Virus record (IMG/VR): IMGVR_UViG_3300032334_001259
Coordinates: 1 to 64,000 of that record
Reading direction: 5' to 3' (one strand)
DNA: 64,000 nt
The position numbers were made by a program, and so were the translations under genes. Below the pieces are notes generated by a model. It was not told the origin of the DNA and did no database searches. It was given only the letters and a program-made list of their open reading frames with translations. The first letter of the stretch is position 1, and every line of letters starts with the position of its first letter. Below, in pieces: positions 19,736 through 30,203 of this stretch.

Positions 19736-20083
19736 TTAAATCATTAAAAAGTGGGTGTTTTTATGTTCACTGTCTATCAAGGCACACTTTATGTCAAAAT
19801 TAATTGTTTCATTAAGTCCAGATATAATCGGTAAATGTTGCACTATTTTTTCAAGTTCAGCGATGTTTATATTTTCAGTTGCATTAAAATCAAATATCCA
19901 TACATTATGGAATCCGTTATAGGTTTTTCCAAAGTCCAACCCATTTAAATCTCTATGAATTTTTTTAGGAAAATTTTGTATTTCAAAATTGCAATACAGA
20001 CTTATAGATTGCATAAGTGAAATCCAATTTTTATTTGGATTTGTTTCAGTTCCTAAATCTATAAGTGTTAAACAACGTATCAT
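19736..20083 (-). CDS. hypothetical protein
   Basis: 115-aa ORF in series. Confidence 0.6.
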   Translation of the reverse strand: MIRCLTLIDLGTETNPNKNWISLMQSISLYCNFEIQNFPKKIHRDLNGLDFGKTYNGFHNVWIFDFNATENINIAELEKIVQHLPIISGLNETINFDIKCALIDSEHKNTHFLMI

Positions 20084-20100
20084 AAGAGTATATAGACAAT

Positions 20101-20129
20101 AAAAAAGGGCGGTAAAAATACCGCCCTTG
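20101..20129 (-). terminator. Rho-independent terminator
   Basis: AAGGGCGGT-attttt-ACCGCCCTT followed by a T-run, downstream of 20152..20586. Confidence 0.85.
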
Positions 20130-20151
20130 ATTCTACTATATTCACATACTA

Positions 20152-20586
20152 TTATATATATGAAAGTTTGAAACCCTTGTTCACGAAAAGTGAAGTAGTT
20201 GCGTTAGTGCTGTTGTTACCATAGTAACCACTACCGTTACCACCGTTACGAACAATTGCCTGAACTGCTGATGCAATACCAGCGTCAGTTGATGCAATAC
20301 CTGCTGCACCTTCAAGAAGAAGACTGATGTTACCACCACTACCTGTTTCAATTTGGTATGCAAGAACTGTAATGTTTGCTGAAAGTGTCTTCAAGATACC
20401 TTCAACACCAAGGTTTACACCAAGTTCGCTTGTAAGATCGGTTGCTGCACCACCAGAACCTGCAATATAACCTGCAAGAGCTACTGGTTGCTTACCAATG
20501 AAACTTGCACCTGCTGCTGTGCTGATAAAGCCCTTGCCGTCACCGACAAGACCAACGTTACCATTTACACGATAAAAATCTGCCAT
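20152..20586 (-). CDS. small, probably abundant virion structural protein
   Basis: TATAAATA + SD GGAG, own terminator, Gly/Ala-rich. Confidence 0.6.
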   Translation of the reverse strand: MADFYRVNGNVGLVGDGKGFISTAAGASFIGKQPVALAGYIAGSGGAATDLTSELGVNLGVEGILKTLSANITVLAYQIETGSGGNISLLLEGAAGIASTDAGIASAVQAIVRNGGNGSGYYGNNSTNATTSLFVNKGFKLSYI

Positions 20587-20659
20587 TTTAATACTCCAAA
20601 ATATGCGTTTATTAATACGCTACATGTATTTATAATTGTTGGAAAAAGTTGCTTGTTTA

Positions 20660-21484
20660 TTAGTAATAATCTTTAAGAATACGAATAATAATTTCTGGTC
20701 TACTATTTAATTTTTTAGTAAATTCAAACCAAAAAGCTGTATCATCAACCGCTGTTAATCCTAATTCACGTGCAAGTAAGTTTGCTGCCCTTGCATCTAT
20801 AGGTGCTACCTTTGTTGGAAATTCTGGAATATAATCATCTGTTTTGTAAACTTGATTAAGAACAGTATAAATTTGATTTTTTGTATCATTTGAACTTATT
20901 TTATTAAGTAAATTTTTCCAGAAAGATTCATCTGTAACAGTAGTTTTTATTATAGTTTCAATATCTCTTGAAACTGCAGGATCAATTGGTGCAACACGTC
21001 TTCCAACTGAACCGCTTGATGGTCCTTGATATCTTGCCCATAATGTTGGGTTTGTGAATCTTGCATTACGATTAGCATACCAGCTTGTAGTAGCTTGGTT
21101 TGATAATGCTATAATTGGCAATGGATTTTTAAATATTACTTCCCCTGTAGTATCATTAAATTCTGCTTCACTCGCCCTTAATGTAAATTTTGAAATAAAA
21201 TTTGACTTATCTTTTGGAACAAAGTTACCAGCACCCTTTGATAAAAGATAATCTACTACTGAATTGGTTAGATCGTTTCGCAGTTTATCTTCATCTGTTG
21301 TTTTTCTATCATATTCAGCTACATTATTTTTTTGTAGAAATTTAAGTTCATCATTAAAATCTTTTATAGCAGTTTTAATTACTTTCTCAAAAAATTCTCT
21401 ACTTTTTTCAAATTCTGGGTCACCAGATTTTGGTGGTGGATCACTTGGATTTGTAAGTTCAAAGATAAATTCACTTGCTCTCAT
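20660..21484 (-). CDS. putative internal head protein with CTS-like N-terminus
   Basis: Starts MRASEFIFE; internal duplication VAPIDP/VAPIDA...DD/E..FW. Confidence 0.55.
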   Translation of the reverse strand: MRASEFIFELTNPSDPPPKSGDPEFEKSREFFEKVIKTAIKDFNDELKFLQKNNVAEYDRKTTDEDKLRNDLTNSVVDYLLSKGAGNFVPKDKSNFISKFTLRASEAEFNDTTGEVIFKNPLPIIALSNQATTSWYANRNARFTNPTLWARYQGPSSGSVGRRVAPIDPAVSRDIETIIKTTVTDESFWKNLLNKISSNDTKNQIYTVLNQVYKTDDYIPEFPTKVAPIDARAANLLARELGLTAVDDTAFWFEFTKKLNSRPEIIIRILKDYY

Positions 21485-21719
21485 TTATTCTTCTCAATCC
21501 ACGTAAAAATTTGGCTGGTTCTTGGGTGCGTATGCTATTCAACAATCTACGTTCAAGTTCTTCTGCCTCTGGAGTATCATATGTTTCACGTAGTTGATTA
21601 ATTAAATTAATAGCACTATTAATGATATGATTGGCACGACTTTCAAGGACGTGTCCACTATCTTTGCCTATTGACATATGGCTTAATTCATCAAGAATAC
21701 TGCGAGATTGTTTACGCAA
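21471..21719 (-). CDS. conserved phage hypothetical protein
   Basis: TTG start after SD GGAG and TAAATA. Confidence 0.65.
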   Translation of the reverse strand: MRKQSRSILDELSHMSIGKDSGHVLESRANHIINSAINLINQLRETYDTPEAEELERRLLNSIRTQEPAKFLRGLRRINESK

Positions 21720-21749
21720 ATTACTTACTCCAAAATTATTTAGGGTATT

Positions 21750-22763
21750 TTAAACAGTTTCTAATTTACCACAGACTTGATCACATTGGATTAATCTACC
21801 GTTTTCATAGCTATCTTTTGTCCATGCACTTTCAACGGTATTAAACCATTTTATGCACGTTTCTAAGTCATATTCATGTAAACTATTATTTTTTACTAAT
21901 GGTTTAATTTGACGATTAATAAATCCATTAAATCCTTGCTTATAAGTTAAAGGATTAAACCCCATATAACAACATGGATAAACTAATCCATTTGCAGCAA
22001 TATAAATTGAATTATGGTTTTTTGTGAAACAATCATGGTATAGACCTACAATATATGGTTTATAAGAGTAAGTTTTGTTTGGATCTTGCTGAAAGCGAAT
22101 TATATCTTCAATATTTGTAAATCCATCATGTTTACCCATAACATGAACTAATTTACCACTGCGATCAAATACTGGACCAGTATTGCGACCATGATCTATT
22201 AAACAAAATTCTTTAAATCCTAATTTTTTAGAAAGTTTTTCTGCTTCTTCAATTTGGTGTAAATTATGCTCAAAACGTATCATCTTCCAAATAGCAACAC
22301 CGCCAGCATCTATGTATGTCTTTGCATTTTGAAGTATTTTATTAAAATTTGTATCTTGACGATACAGTGCGTGAGTATCTTCTAATCCATCTAAACAAAA
22401 TTGAATTTCAGTATTTGAAAATTTACCAAGATCGTGCCAAAAATCTGCATTTCTTGCGCTGCCATTTGTACTTATATCTATTATTAATTTTGAATAACAC
22501 GATTTAAAATAATCTAATATTTGTATAGATTCTAAATTAGCAGTAAAATCACCAAAGTTTCCATTAACTAGTATGCCCCGTTGAAGTTGGTTAATAAATT
22601 GTGACGAGAATGATTTTTTAATTAAATCAAGTGATAAATTTGTTTCTTCATAACCACTATTATATGGATAACCAAATAAGTTTCTTGGACAAAGAGGACA
22701 TCTTGCATTACATAGTGAACTAAATTCCATATGTAAATGTTTAATATTTTGATAAGTTATCAT
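21750..22763 (-). CDS. radical SAM protein with SPASM/twitch-like C-terminus
   Basis: CNARCPLC, STNGS, DG...YR, GLVYPCC; start set at MITYQN. Confidence 0.85.
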   Translation of the reverse strand: MITYQNIKHLHMEFSSLCNARCPLCPRNLFGYPYNSGYEETNLSLDLIKKSFSSQFINQLQRGILVNGNFGDFTANLESIQILDYFKSCYSKLIIDISTNGSARNADFWHDLGKFSNTEIQFCLDGLEDTHALYRQDTNFNKILQNAKTYIDAGGVAIWKMIRFEHNLHQIEEAEKLSKKLGFKEFCLIDHGRNTGPVFDRSGKLVHVMGKHDGFTNIEDIIRFQQDPNKTYSYKPYIVGLYHDCFTKNHNSIYIAANGLVYPCCYMGFNPLTYKQGFNGFINRQIKPLVKNNSLHEYDLETCIKWFNTVESAWTKDSYENGRLIQCDQVCGKLETV

Positions 22764-22767
22764 GTTT

Positions 22768-23565
22768 TTAACAATTTTTAAGTTTTTTAATAGCATTTCC
22801 AACTGTGGTATAAAAATCTTTATTATACAAAAATTCAGTTTTAGATATTTGGCTTAATTTATTATTTGCTTTTTCAATAATTTCATCTCTATACAATAAA
22901 AAATTTTCATTAGATATTGATTTGGGATTTATAATTTCTAAATTTTTAGGAGCAAAAAGCAAGTGTAATCTTTTTTTTCTTGATGCATTAAATGCACTAT
23001 GCAACACACCCGTATTTAATTTATATAATTTTTTAGTATCATTCATCACATAAGCAGCATTACCTTCTATAAAAAAACAATCTGGAATAGTGGTAATAAT
23101 TGGTAAATGATAGGCTACAAAACTTGAATCAATATGAAAATCATACATTGTATGAGGAAACATAGTAGCACATTTGATCATACGAAAATCTATTTTAGTA
23201 ATTGCTTGAATTTCTTCTAATGTTTCTTTTATATATTGAAATTTAGTATCATCTAATATGGAAATAAAACTATCAGTATTTTTTTCATAATCAATATATT
23301 GGGTTTCATTAAAATTTTCTAAACGCTGAACTAATTCTACGACTGTCATCAATTCATCATGAATTACATCATCCAAGTCTCTTACTGGACCTTCTAATTG
23401 TTTTTTTAAAGATAAAGCAGTATCGTGTGTTTTTAAATTTATTTTTTTAGTAGATGTATATTTTTTAACTTCTTCAAGTAGTACAACAATTTGATTATGG
23501 AATTTTGTCCAATTTATATCAGAGTCTTTTAAATCAATAAAATTAGGTAATTCTGGAATGGTCAT
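22768..23565 (-). CDS. AspH-like 2OG-Fe(II) oxygenase domain protein
   Basis: HID...HLPI...LNTGVLHSAFN...RLHL pattern. Confidence 0.65.
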   Translation of the reverse strand: MTIPELPNFIDLKDSDINWTKFHNQIVVLLEEVKKYTSTKKINLKTHDTALSLKKQLEGPVRDLDDVIHDELMTVVELVQRLENFNETQYIDYEKNTDSFISILDDTKFQYIKETLEEIQAITKIDFRMIKCATMFPHTMYDFHIDSSFVAYHLPIITTIPDCFFIEGNAAYVMNDTKKLYKLNTGVLHSAFNASRKKRLHLLFAPKNLEIINPKSISNENFLLYRDEIIEKANNKLSQISKTEFLYNKDFYTTVGNAIKKLKNC

Positions 23566-23639
23566 TGTTTTTTATTTAAGATATTTTTTAAATGATAAAT
23601 TATTATATTATTGGCACATTTAGGCATAAAGGGCAATCA

Positions 23640-25340
23640 ATGAAACTACCAGAAAACGCACAGGCACAATGCGAACAATTACTAAAACAATTTAGACGAC
23701 AAATACCAGATGATGCGGCGTATAGTGACCGACTTGTTGAAGAAATAGAAATCATACTGGGTCTACGCTTTACAGAATACTTCTTACAAATCCGTGAAAT
23801 ATTAGATATGACTAATGACTTACCACACATGACACGTGGTAGTGCAGGCAGTAGTCTTGTTTGTTGGGCATTAGGTATTACAGATGTTGATCCTATAAAA
23901 TGGGATATACCACTTTCACGATTTTTAAATCCGCACCGTGATGATTTACCAGACATTGATATAGACTATCCACATTGGGCACAAACTACAGTTATGGAAC
24001 GTATATTCAAACGTTGGCCTGGTAAAAGTGCAAGAATTAGTAACTATGTTACATTTAAAGAAAAAAGTGCCAAGCGTGAAGCAGCAAGACGACTTGGTGC
24101 AAAAGGAAAATTACCTCGTAACTTCAAATACGATGATCTTGACATTGACATAGGGGAAGCTATTCGTATTGAAAAGAAGTTGCTTGGTAAGAAACGAGCC
24201 ATCAGCAAACACTGTGGTGGCATACTTGTGTTCAAGCATAATCTACCTAAAAGTCTTATAAATGCTGATAATCAAATACTATTAGACAAACATGAAGTAG
24301 AAGACCTTGAACACTTAAAAGTTGATATACTTGCTAATCGTGGATTAAGTCAACTTTATGAAATAGAACCAAATATGGGTTTAGAAGATTATCCTGATTA
24401 TGATGAAGCAACTGTAAAACTTCTTTGTAATGGTGATGTGCTAGGCGTAACACAAGGTGAATCACCAGCAATGCGGCGATTGTTTCGTGCAATACAGCCA
24501 AAGTCACGTAGTGATTGCGTATTTGCTACTGCGCTTATACGTCCTGTTGCAACTACTGGTCGCCAAAAAGCCAGTTTCTTTCACGATTGGACAGAACAGC
24601 GTTTAGAAGAAAGTATTGTTTATGAAGATGATGCTATCAAAAAGATAAGCAAACTTATTGGTTGTGATATCTATGAAGCAGATATGTATCGCCGTGCATT
24701 TGCAAAAAAGAATGAAGAAAAAGTGTATGAGTTTATGCACCGTATGGGAACACACCCAAACAAGACAGAAATTGTAGATGAACTTTATCAACTTGGAAAC
24801 TTTGGACTATGCCGTGCACATGCTGTAAATCTTGGGCGATTGATTTGGGCATTAGCATATCAAAAAGCACATAACCCAAAACCATTTTGGGCAGCATATC
24901 TTAAACACTGTGAAGGCAGTTATCGTCGTTGGGTCTATAAATGTGAAGCCAAACGTGCTGGTTGGGATTTACGTGATCTAGGTTATAATTATAGTTTGTT
25001 AAATGACCCTATATATGAATATAGAAAATATGGATGGTGGGGTGATGCCGATTTTTTACAAGGTTTTTATTGTGCTAATCAATATCTTGACCGTTTTGAA
25101 TTTGCTGGTCTTGTTGCCAATGGTCGTGTATTTAAGGGAGAAGGCGGGAAATACATTACCTTTCTTACACTCGGAATTGACAACGGAAAATATATTGACT
25201 TATTGGTCAAGGGACCAGTAGCATATCATGATTATGATGTTGTATGCGGCGTAGGTAAAGTTAAAACAAGTAATGGCAGTCAGTATATTGAATGTCAAAA
25301 TGTGCGGACATTTAAGCTAGAAAAATTTATTTCTGCTTAA
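23640..25340 (+). CDS. dnaE: compact DNA polymerase III alpha (DnaE) homologue lacking the PHP domain
   Basis: RGSAGSSLV, RFLNP.R..LPDIDID, KHCGG, LKVDIL, Q.ES..M, ALIRP, RAHA, C-terminal OB-like segment; start at MKLPEN. Confidence 0.9.
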   Translation: MKLPENAQAQCEQLLKQFRRQIPDDAAYSDRLVEEIEIILGLRFTEYFLQIREILDMTNDLPHMTRGSAGSSLVCWALGITDVDPIKWDIPLSRFLNPHRDDLPDIDIDYPHWAQTTVMERIFKRWPGKSARISNYVTFKEKSAKREAARRLGAKGKLPRNFKYDDLDIDIGEAIRIEKKLLGKKRAISKHCGGILVFKHNLPKSLINADNQILLDKHEVEDLEHLKVDILANRGLSQLYEIEPNMGLEDYPDYDEATVKLLCNGDVLGVTQGESPAMRRLFRAIQPKSRSDCVFATALIRPVATTGRQKASFFHDWTEQRLEESIVYEDDAIKKISKLIGCDIYEADMYRRAFAKKNEEKVYEFMHRMGTHPNKTEIVDELYQLGNFGLCRAHAVNLGRLIWALAYQKAHNPKPFWAAYLKHCEGSYRRWVYKCEAKRAGWDLRDLGYNYSLLNDPIYEYRKYGWWGDADFLQGFYCANQYLDRFEFAGLVANGRVFKGEGGKYITFLTLGIDNGKYIDLLVKGPVAYHDYDVVCGVGKVKTSNGSQYIECQNVRTFKLEKFISA

Positions 25341-26730
25341 GATTGTTTAACATTTGTCGTAGCGCACTGCTGTTTACATCAGCCTGTATTTTACCAGGTT
25401 GATCTTCTACCACTGCTTCTGTTGATGGCTTAACATTACTGCCACCCTTGATGCTTGCAAAGATACTACTGCTTTGTTTCTTAAATTGTTGATAATCTGG
25501 ATCTTCTGCCAAATCACGAATACGCAAACTATCAATATCAAATTCAAGTTCAATCTTCTGTCCAACACCACTACTACTACGAGTCTTCATAAGTTGTAGT
25601 TGATACTTGCCATGTTCACGCATACTACGACTTGTAAAGATACCAAACAAATTATCCGCAGTGTTAATCTTACTGATACCACCACTGATATGACTGTGGT
25701 CAAATTCAACTTCTTCTACCGATGCACGGTTTAACTGTGAAGCAGTTACAAGAAGTATGTCTAATTCTTTTGCAAAGTTACGAATTTCTTCACTGACATA
25801 CTTGTCTTTAACGAACAGATCGCTTGGACTTACTTTTGCACTTACTGGCATAAGAAGATCAAGGTAATCAATCATAACAAAGTCTACACGACGACCTGTG
25901 CGGATTTGAAGTTCTTTAATATAAGCACGAACGTCATTGATATTGCTTTGTGCTGGCATATATTTGATTTGTAATCTGCCACTTTTCTTACCAAGCATCT
26001 TAACTTTAACTTCAATATCTTCAATACTCTTAAAGATATCTCGTGACGGTGTATTGGTAAGCATACCATCAATACGCATGGCAGTAAGTTCTTCACTTAA
26101 TTCAAGTGTAATGTATACGCCATTAAGACCAGCCAATATCCAATTACATGCAATATTCTGCATGAACAATGATTTACCACTACCAGAACCACCAGCAAAG
26201 ATATTCAACTCACCACGGTTAAATCCACCAAATAACTTCTTATCAAGTGTAGTCCAACCACTACTTGTTTGACCATTATTGTCTTTAATTTTATTCAATC
26301 GTGCAATAGGATCAAGGAAATAATCAGTTCCAAGGTCTTTGGTTAAACTTATTTGTACTGCATCTTTAATAATTTTTTCAACAGGATCAAAGTCACCCTT
26401 CTCAAGCATATCTGCGGCTTTAAGAATTGCACGTTCAAGTTCTTTTTGTTTAGTAAAACCTTCAAATTCTTCCAAGAACCAACTTGTATGGTCGTCGGTC
26501 ATACCAGGTATTGGTTGGAAAGTATTGCTGGTGGCAGCATTAATTTGTTCTACTAATGGCATAATAGTATGCTTGTCACAATGTTCTTTAATGAACCTTG
26601 CAGCACTTTGTAAACTACGGTCAAAGTTGTTTGGATTGAAAATGTTTTGGACACGCACATAGCTTTGTGGATCACTTAACATCATTTCAATGAATAGTTT
26701 TTGAACTTGGGTATCATAAGATTTAGACAT
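25327..26730 (-). CDS. replicative DnaB-family helicase (T4 gp41-like)
   Basis: GGSGSGKS Walker A, ITLELSE, IDYLDL, TASQLNR, MKTR. Confidence 0.93.
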   Translation of the reverse strand: MSKSYDTQVQKLFIEMMLSDPQSYVRVQNIFNPNNFDRSLQSAARFIKEHCDKHTIMPLVEQINAATSNTFQPIPGMTDDHTSWFLEEFEGFTKQKELERAILKAADMLEKGDFDPVEKIIKDAVQISLTKDLGTDYFLDPIARLNKIKDNNGQTSSGWTTLDKKLFGGFNRGELNIFAGGSGSGKSLFMQNIACNWILAGLNGVYITLELSEELTAMRIDGMLTNTPSRDIFKSIEDIEVKVKMLGKKSGRLQIKYMPAQSNINDVRAYIKELQIRTGRRVDFVMIDYLDLLMPVSAKVSPSDLFVKDKYVSEEIRNFAKELDILLVTASQLNRASVEEVEFDHSHISGGISKINTADNLFGIFTSRSMREHGKYQLQLMKTRSSSGVGQKIELEFDIDSLRIRDLAEDPDYQQFKKQSSSIFASIKGGSNVKPSTEAVVEDQPGKIQADVNSSALRQMLNNLKQK

Positions 26731-26811
26731 AACACTATTGTATCATAAAAACTTTAAATTTTCTATTAGTTTTTTATTTAAACCGCACAATAGTAGTAGG
26801 TAAATATTACG

Positions 26812-27987
26812 ATGATTACATCTGTTGAAGGCGCAGTTTCGTATAATAATAAATTATCTTTTTTGATTGATTGGGAAATTACCTTAAAATGTAATTTGGA
26901 CTGTGGATATTGTGACAAAGGTATTTACGGTGGACATGAAAACAGTATTCCTCATCCAAATTTAGAAAAATGTTTAAAAACTTTAGATTTTTTATATGAA
27001 TATGTTGACATTTATATGCAAGCAAAGAAAAATTTACAAAGTGCCGTTTTGAATGTATATGGTGGAGAAAGTTTATATCATCCTGACATTGTTACAATTT
27101 TAAAACAAAGCAAAGAAAAACATCAAAAATATAATTGGAATTTGACAATTACTACAACTACAAATTTAATTTTAAGTCAAAAAATATTAAATCAGATATT
27201 AAATTATATAGATGAATTTACGTGTAGCTTTCATTCTGAAAACACAGACAAACAATTAGAAATTTTTAAAGAAAATTTGTTATTTTTAAAAAGCAATAAT
27301 AAAAATTTTAAAGTTGTAATTCTAATGAATCCTAAAAAATGGGAATATTGTTTAGATATGATTTCTTTTTGTCAAGAAAACAATATGAGATTTTTAATAA
27401 GACAGCTTGATCAACCATTAGCCAAAGCTCCCGATAATTATAATTCAGAACTTAAAAAAAAAGAAACTTGGTATTATAATGTTTATCTTGATCGTCCAGA
27501 AAATCATGAACCCAAATACACATATTCTCAAGAACAAATATCTTGGTTTGAAGAGGAATATAATGGTAGAAATAAAAACACTGTAACTTCTATTGACAAA
27601 AATAATAATTTAAATGAACAAGGTAGATGCTGCTGTGGTGGTCGTTTATTATCTACAAATCAAAATTATAAAAATAAAGTAAGTTTTGTTAATAACAATT
27701 TTTTTGATTGGTATTGCTCAGTAAATTATTTTTTTGTTTTTGTGAAACAAGTTACAGAAGAAATATTTGTTAATAAAGATTGTATGATGAATTTTTCTGG
27801 AAATATCGGTCCTATTGGTAATTTAAAAAATTATAATGAACTTTTAAATTTTACAAAAACAAATTTAGAAAATAAAACATTACCTGTAATAAAATGTGCC
27901 AAACAACTTTGCAGATGTGGTTTATGTGCACCAAAAGCAAAAGATAAAGAAATATACTTAAAAATTATGAACAAATATATAAATTAA
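26812..27987 (+). CDS. radical SAM protein
   Basis: CNLDCGYC, YGGE, TTN, SFH, C-terminal Cys cluster; very AT-rich. Confidence 0.85.
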   Translation: MITSVEGAVSYNNKLSFLIDWEITLKCNLDCGYCDKGIYGGHENSIPHPNLEKCLKTLDFLYEYVDIYMQAKKNLQSAVLNVYGGESLYHPDIVTILKQSKEKHQKYNWNLTITTTTNLILSQKILNQILNYIDEFTCSFHSENTDKQLEIFKENLLFLKSNNKNFKVVILMNPKKWEYCLDMISFCQENNMRFLIRQLDQPLAKAPDNYNSELKKKETWYYNVYLDRPENHEPKYTYSQEQISWFEEEYNGRNKNTVTSIDKNNNLNEQGRCCCGGRLLSTNQNYKNKVSFVNNNFFDWYCSVNYFFVFVKQVTEEIFVNKDCMMNFSGNIGPIGNLKNYNELLNFTKTNLENKTLPVIKCAKQLCRCGLCAPKAKDKEIYLKIMNKYIN

Positions 27988-28982
27988 AACCATCTTTTTG
28001 TTTGTAATTTTATTTTTAAGCTAGATTGTTCAACACTACTTAAAATGCTTTTCATAGTAAATGTATGTCCATACTTGGCTACCGCATCTGCAGTATCTTT
28101 AATACCACTTTCCCAATCAGGAAATGCCACACTCCAACCATATCTTAGGGCAGCATCAACCATTGCGTGACCAGCTTTATCACGATCAGGGACAACAATA
28201 ATATCACGGTCAAGCGTTTCAATAACATCAGCTTGTATATCATTAATTTCATTACTACAAATTGCAAGTGCACCAATGGCAACTGCATCAAGTAATCCTT
28301 CAACTACAATACAGAACTTTGCGTTCTTGTGTTGTTTATCATATCCCCATATCATGTTGCTTGGATAGTTTGAAAAGTATTTGATCTTTTTCTTACCATC
28401 TTCAAATAACCGTCCACTGAAACCCATGGGCTTATTGTTCCAAGTAAATGGAACTAACACACGGTTACGCAATGCCGCATCATTAGTCCAATAAAACTCA
28501 TGCAACTTATCGCCAAAACCACGAGTATCAAGATAATTGATAGCATTTTCAAGACTGTTATAATCTGCTTCATTGATATATCCATCATTTAACCAATTTG
28601 TAATTGGACGACCAGGACAAGGATCACGTGGTTCATAGGTAGGTAACTCACGTGGTTCAACTACAACTGGCTTGGTGGTCTCTTGGCTGATAGCAAATAA
28701 TGCAAGACGACCTATAAGGTCTTCACCCATACCAAGCCAGTTCATCCAACGCCGCATTTTATAACTTAAACGACGACCAGGTTGCCAACTACAAGTGTAA
28801 TGACAATTAAAACAATGATAATTGATACCGCCTTCTGGTGTTTGATGAACGCCACCACGACCACGAGTATCGGCTTCATGTCCTAAATGCTGACAGCATG
28901 GTGCGTTAAAGCTAATCCATCCACTTGGAGTAGCTTTCTTTTTCCATGGCAAGTGTGCCAGTAGTTGGTTGGTAATTTCCAT
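27984..28982 (-). CDS. DNA primase (T4 gp61-like)
   Basis: Zn-ribbon (PCC, HCFNC), TOPRIM VEGLLDA and PDRD, KD. Confidence 0.9.
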   Translation of the reverse strand: MEITNQLLAHLPWKKKATPSGWISFNAPCCQHLGHEADTRGRGGVHQTPEGGINYHCFNCHYTCSWQPGRRLSYKMRRWMNWLGMGEDLIGRLALFAISQETTKPVVVEPRELPTYEPRDPCPGRPITNWLNDGYINEADYNSLENAINYLDTRGFGDKLHEFYWTNDAALRNRVLVPFTWNNKPMGFSGRLFEDGKKKIKYFSNYPSNMIWGYDKQHKNAKFCIVVEGLLDAVAIGALAICSNEINDIQADVIETLDRDIIVVPDRDKAGHAMVDAALRYGWSVAFPDWESGIKDTADAVAKYGHTFTMKSILSSVEQSSLKIKLQTKRWF

Positions 28983-28988
28983 TACATT

Positions 28989-29017
28989 AATATAACAGAT
29001 TTATGGTAATCTGTCAA
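28989..29017 (-). promoter_or_regulatory. sigma70 promoter TTGACA-17-TATATT (leaderless) for primase
   Basis: -10 box ends 6 nt before ATG 28982. Confidence 0.7.
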
Positions 29018-29802
29018 GGACGATAATAAATGTAATTCATCTGACCGCTAATTTGGCTTACTTTAAATCTTACAGCACGATATTTGCCTTGGAAATTAAA
29101 GTAATTTGTGCCACTGACATTAGCACAGTTAGCATAACTTATTGTAGTAAAGCTGTTAGCATCAACCACACTCTTTGCGTCCAAACTTGCTTGTAACTGG
29201 ATATTGCCAGTAAAAGCATTTGCATTATATTGTACGGTCTGATAAACAGCACTACCACGAACATAATTTGCTGTCAAGAAGCTACTGCTATAAGCAACAT
29301 TTACATAGTTTGTATCGCCGTCATTACTATAGGTAAAATTGTTAGCAAGATAGCTTGAAGTAAACTGTGGATAAACACCATCGTTTATTCTAGCTTGACC
29401 CTGTGCCTGATAGTTGTCATCGCTGTAAACAATTTCTTGTTCACCACTACCATTTGTAGCAACAATGCTGTAATTATATAAACCAGCGTTTATATTATCA
29501 AGTAAACTGCCTTCAATAAGACAAGTTGCTACACCATCACGTGTATAAACAAGGTCAAGATTGCGTGAAAATACTAATTCTTTTGTAGTGCTATCAATTA
29601 AATTAAATAAAACTGTGCTTTGTAAAAGGCTCGCAGGTTTTTGGTCATTATTTTTAATAACGAACTTAAATCTATTATCTACACCTTTATAGATTTGTAA
29701 TGGTTTGGCGTAAAACAACTGATTCTCCCTGTGTAATGCAAGGTCGCTGTTCTTTACAACAGTTATAATTTGTGGATATAAATAACCTGAAATTTGCTGC
29801 AA
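29014..29802 (-). CDS. hypothetical, probable virion/baseplate protein
   Basis: TTG start, TAAATA upstream, beta-rich, IYKGVDN motif. Confidence 0.6.
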   Translation of the reverse strand: MQQISGYLYPQIITVVKNSDLALHRENQLFYAKPLQIYKGVDNRFKFVIKNNDQKPASLLQSTVLFNLIDSTTKELVFSRNLDLVYTRDGVATCLIEGSLLDNINAGLYNYSIVATNGSGEQEIVYSDDNYQAQGQARINDGVYPQFTSSYLANNFTYSNDGDTNYVNVAYSSSFLTANYVRGSAVYQTVQYNANAFTGNIQLQASLDAKSVVDANSFTTISYANCANVSGTNYFNFQGKYRAVRFKVSQISGQMNYIYYRP

Positions 29803-29828
29803 CTAATGGACCCTTTTTAATATTTATT

Positions 29829-30203
29829 ATGAGTTTTTCACTGGAACAAATGCTTGAACAATATCCCTTCTTAAGTTACATAAAATATCCCACTGCGGAC
29901 TTTATTGGAATTATACAAAATTTTGATGGCGACATTGTTTCCATGTATGCCTTTAATAAATTAAAAACCGAAGAAGATAAACGTGGTTTTTTAGAAGCAG
30001 CAGAAATATGGTGGTGGGAAAGTAATCGGTTGATACCAATCAATATTTTTTTAAAGCATGGTTGGGACAAATATCGTTATAGTACAGTAACACTTACAAC
30101 AAAAGATATAAGAGAGCAGTGTGGTCACATAGTAAGCATTGCAAAACTTGCAGAACGTAGAACAAAACGCAGAGTTGTTCAGTTAGTTAAACGACTCGGT
30201 TAA
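29829..30203 (+). CDS. conserved phage hypothetical protein
   Basis: YPFLS, WWWESNRLIPINIFL; start set at MSFSLE. Confidence 0.65.
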   Translation: MSFSLEQMLEQYPFLSYIKYPTADFIGIIQNFDGDIVSMYAFNKLKTEEDKRGFLEAAEIWWWESNRLIPINIFLKHGWDKYRYSTVTLTTKDIREQCGHIVSIAKLAERRTKRRVVQLVKRLG

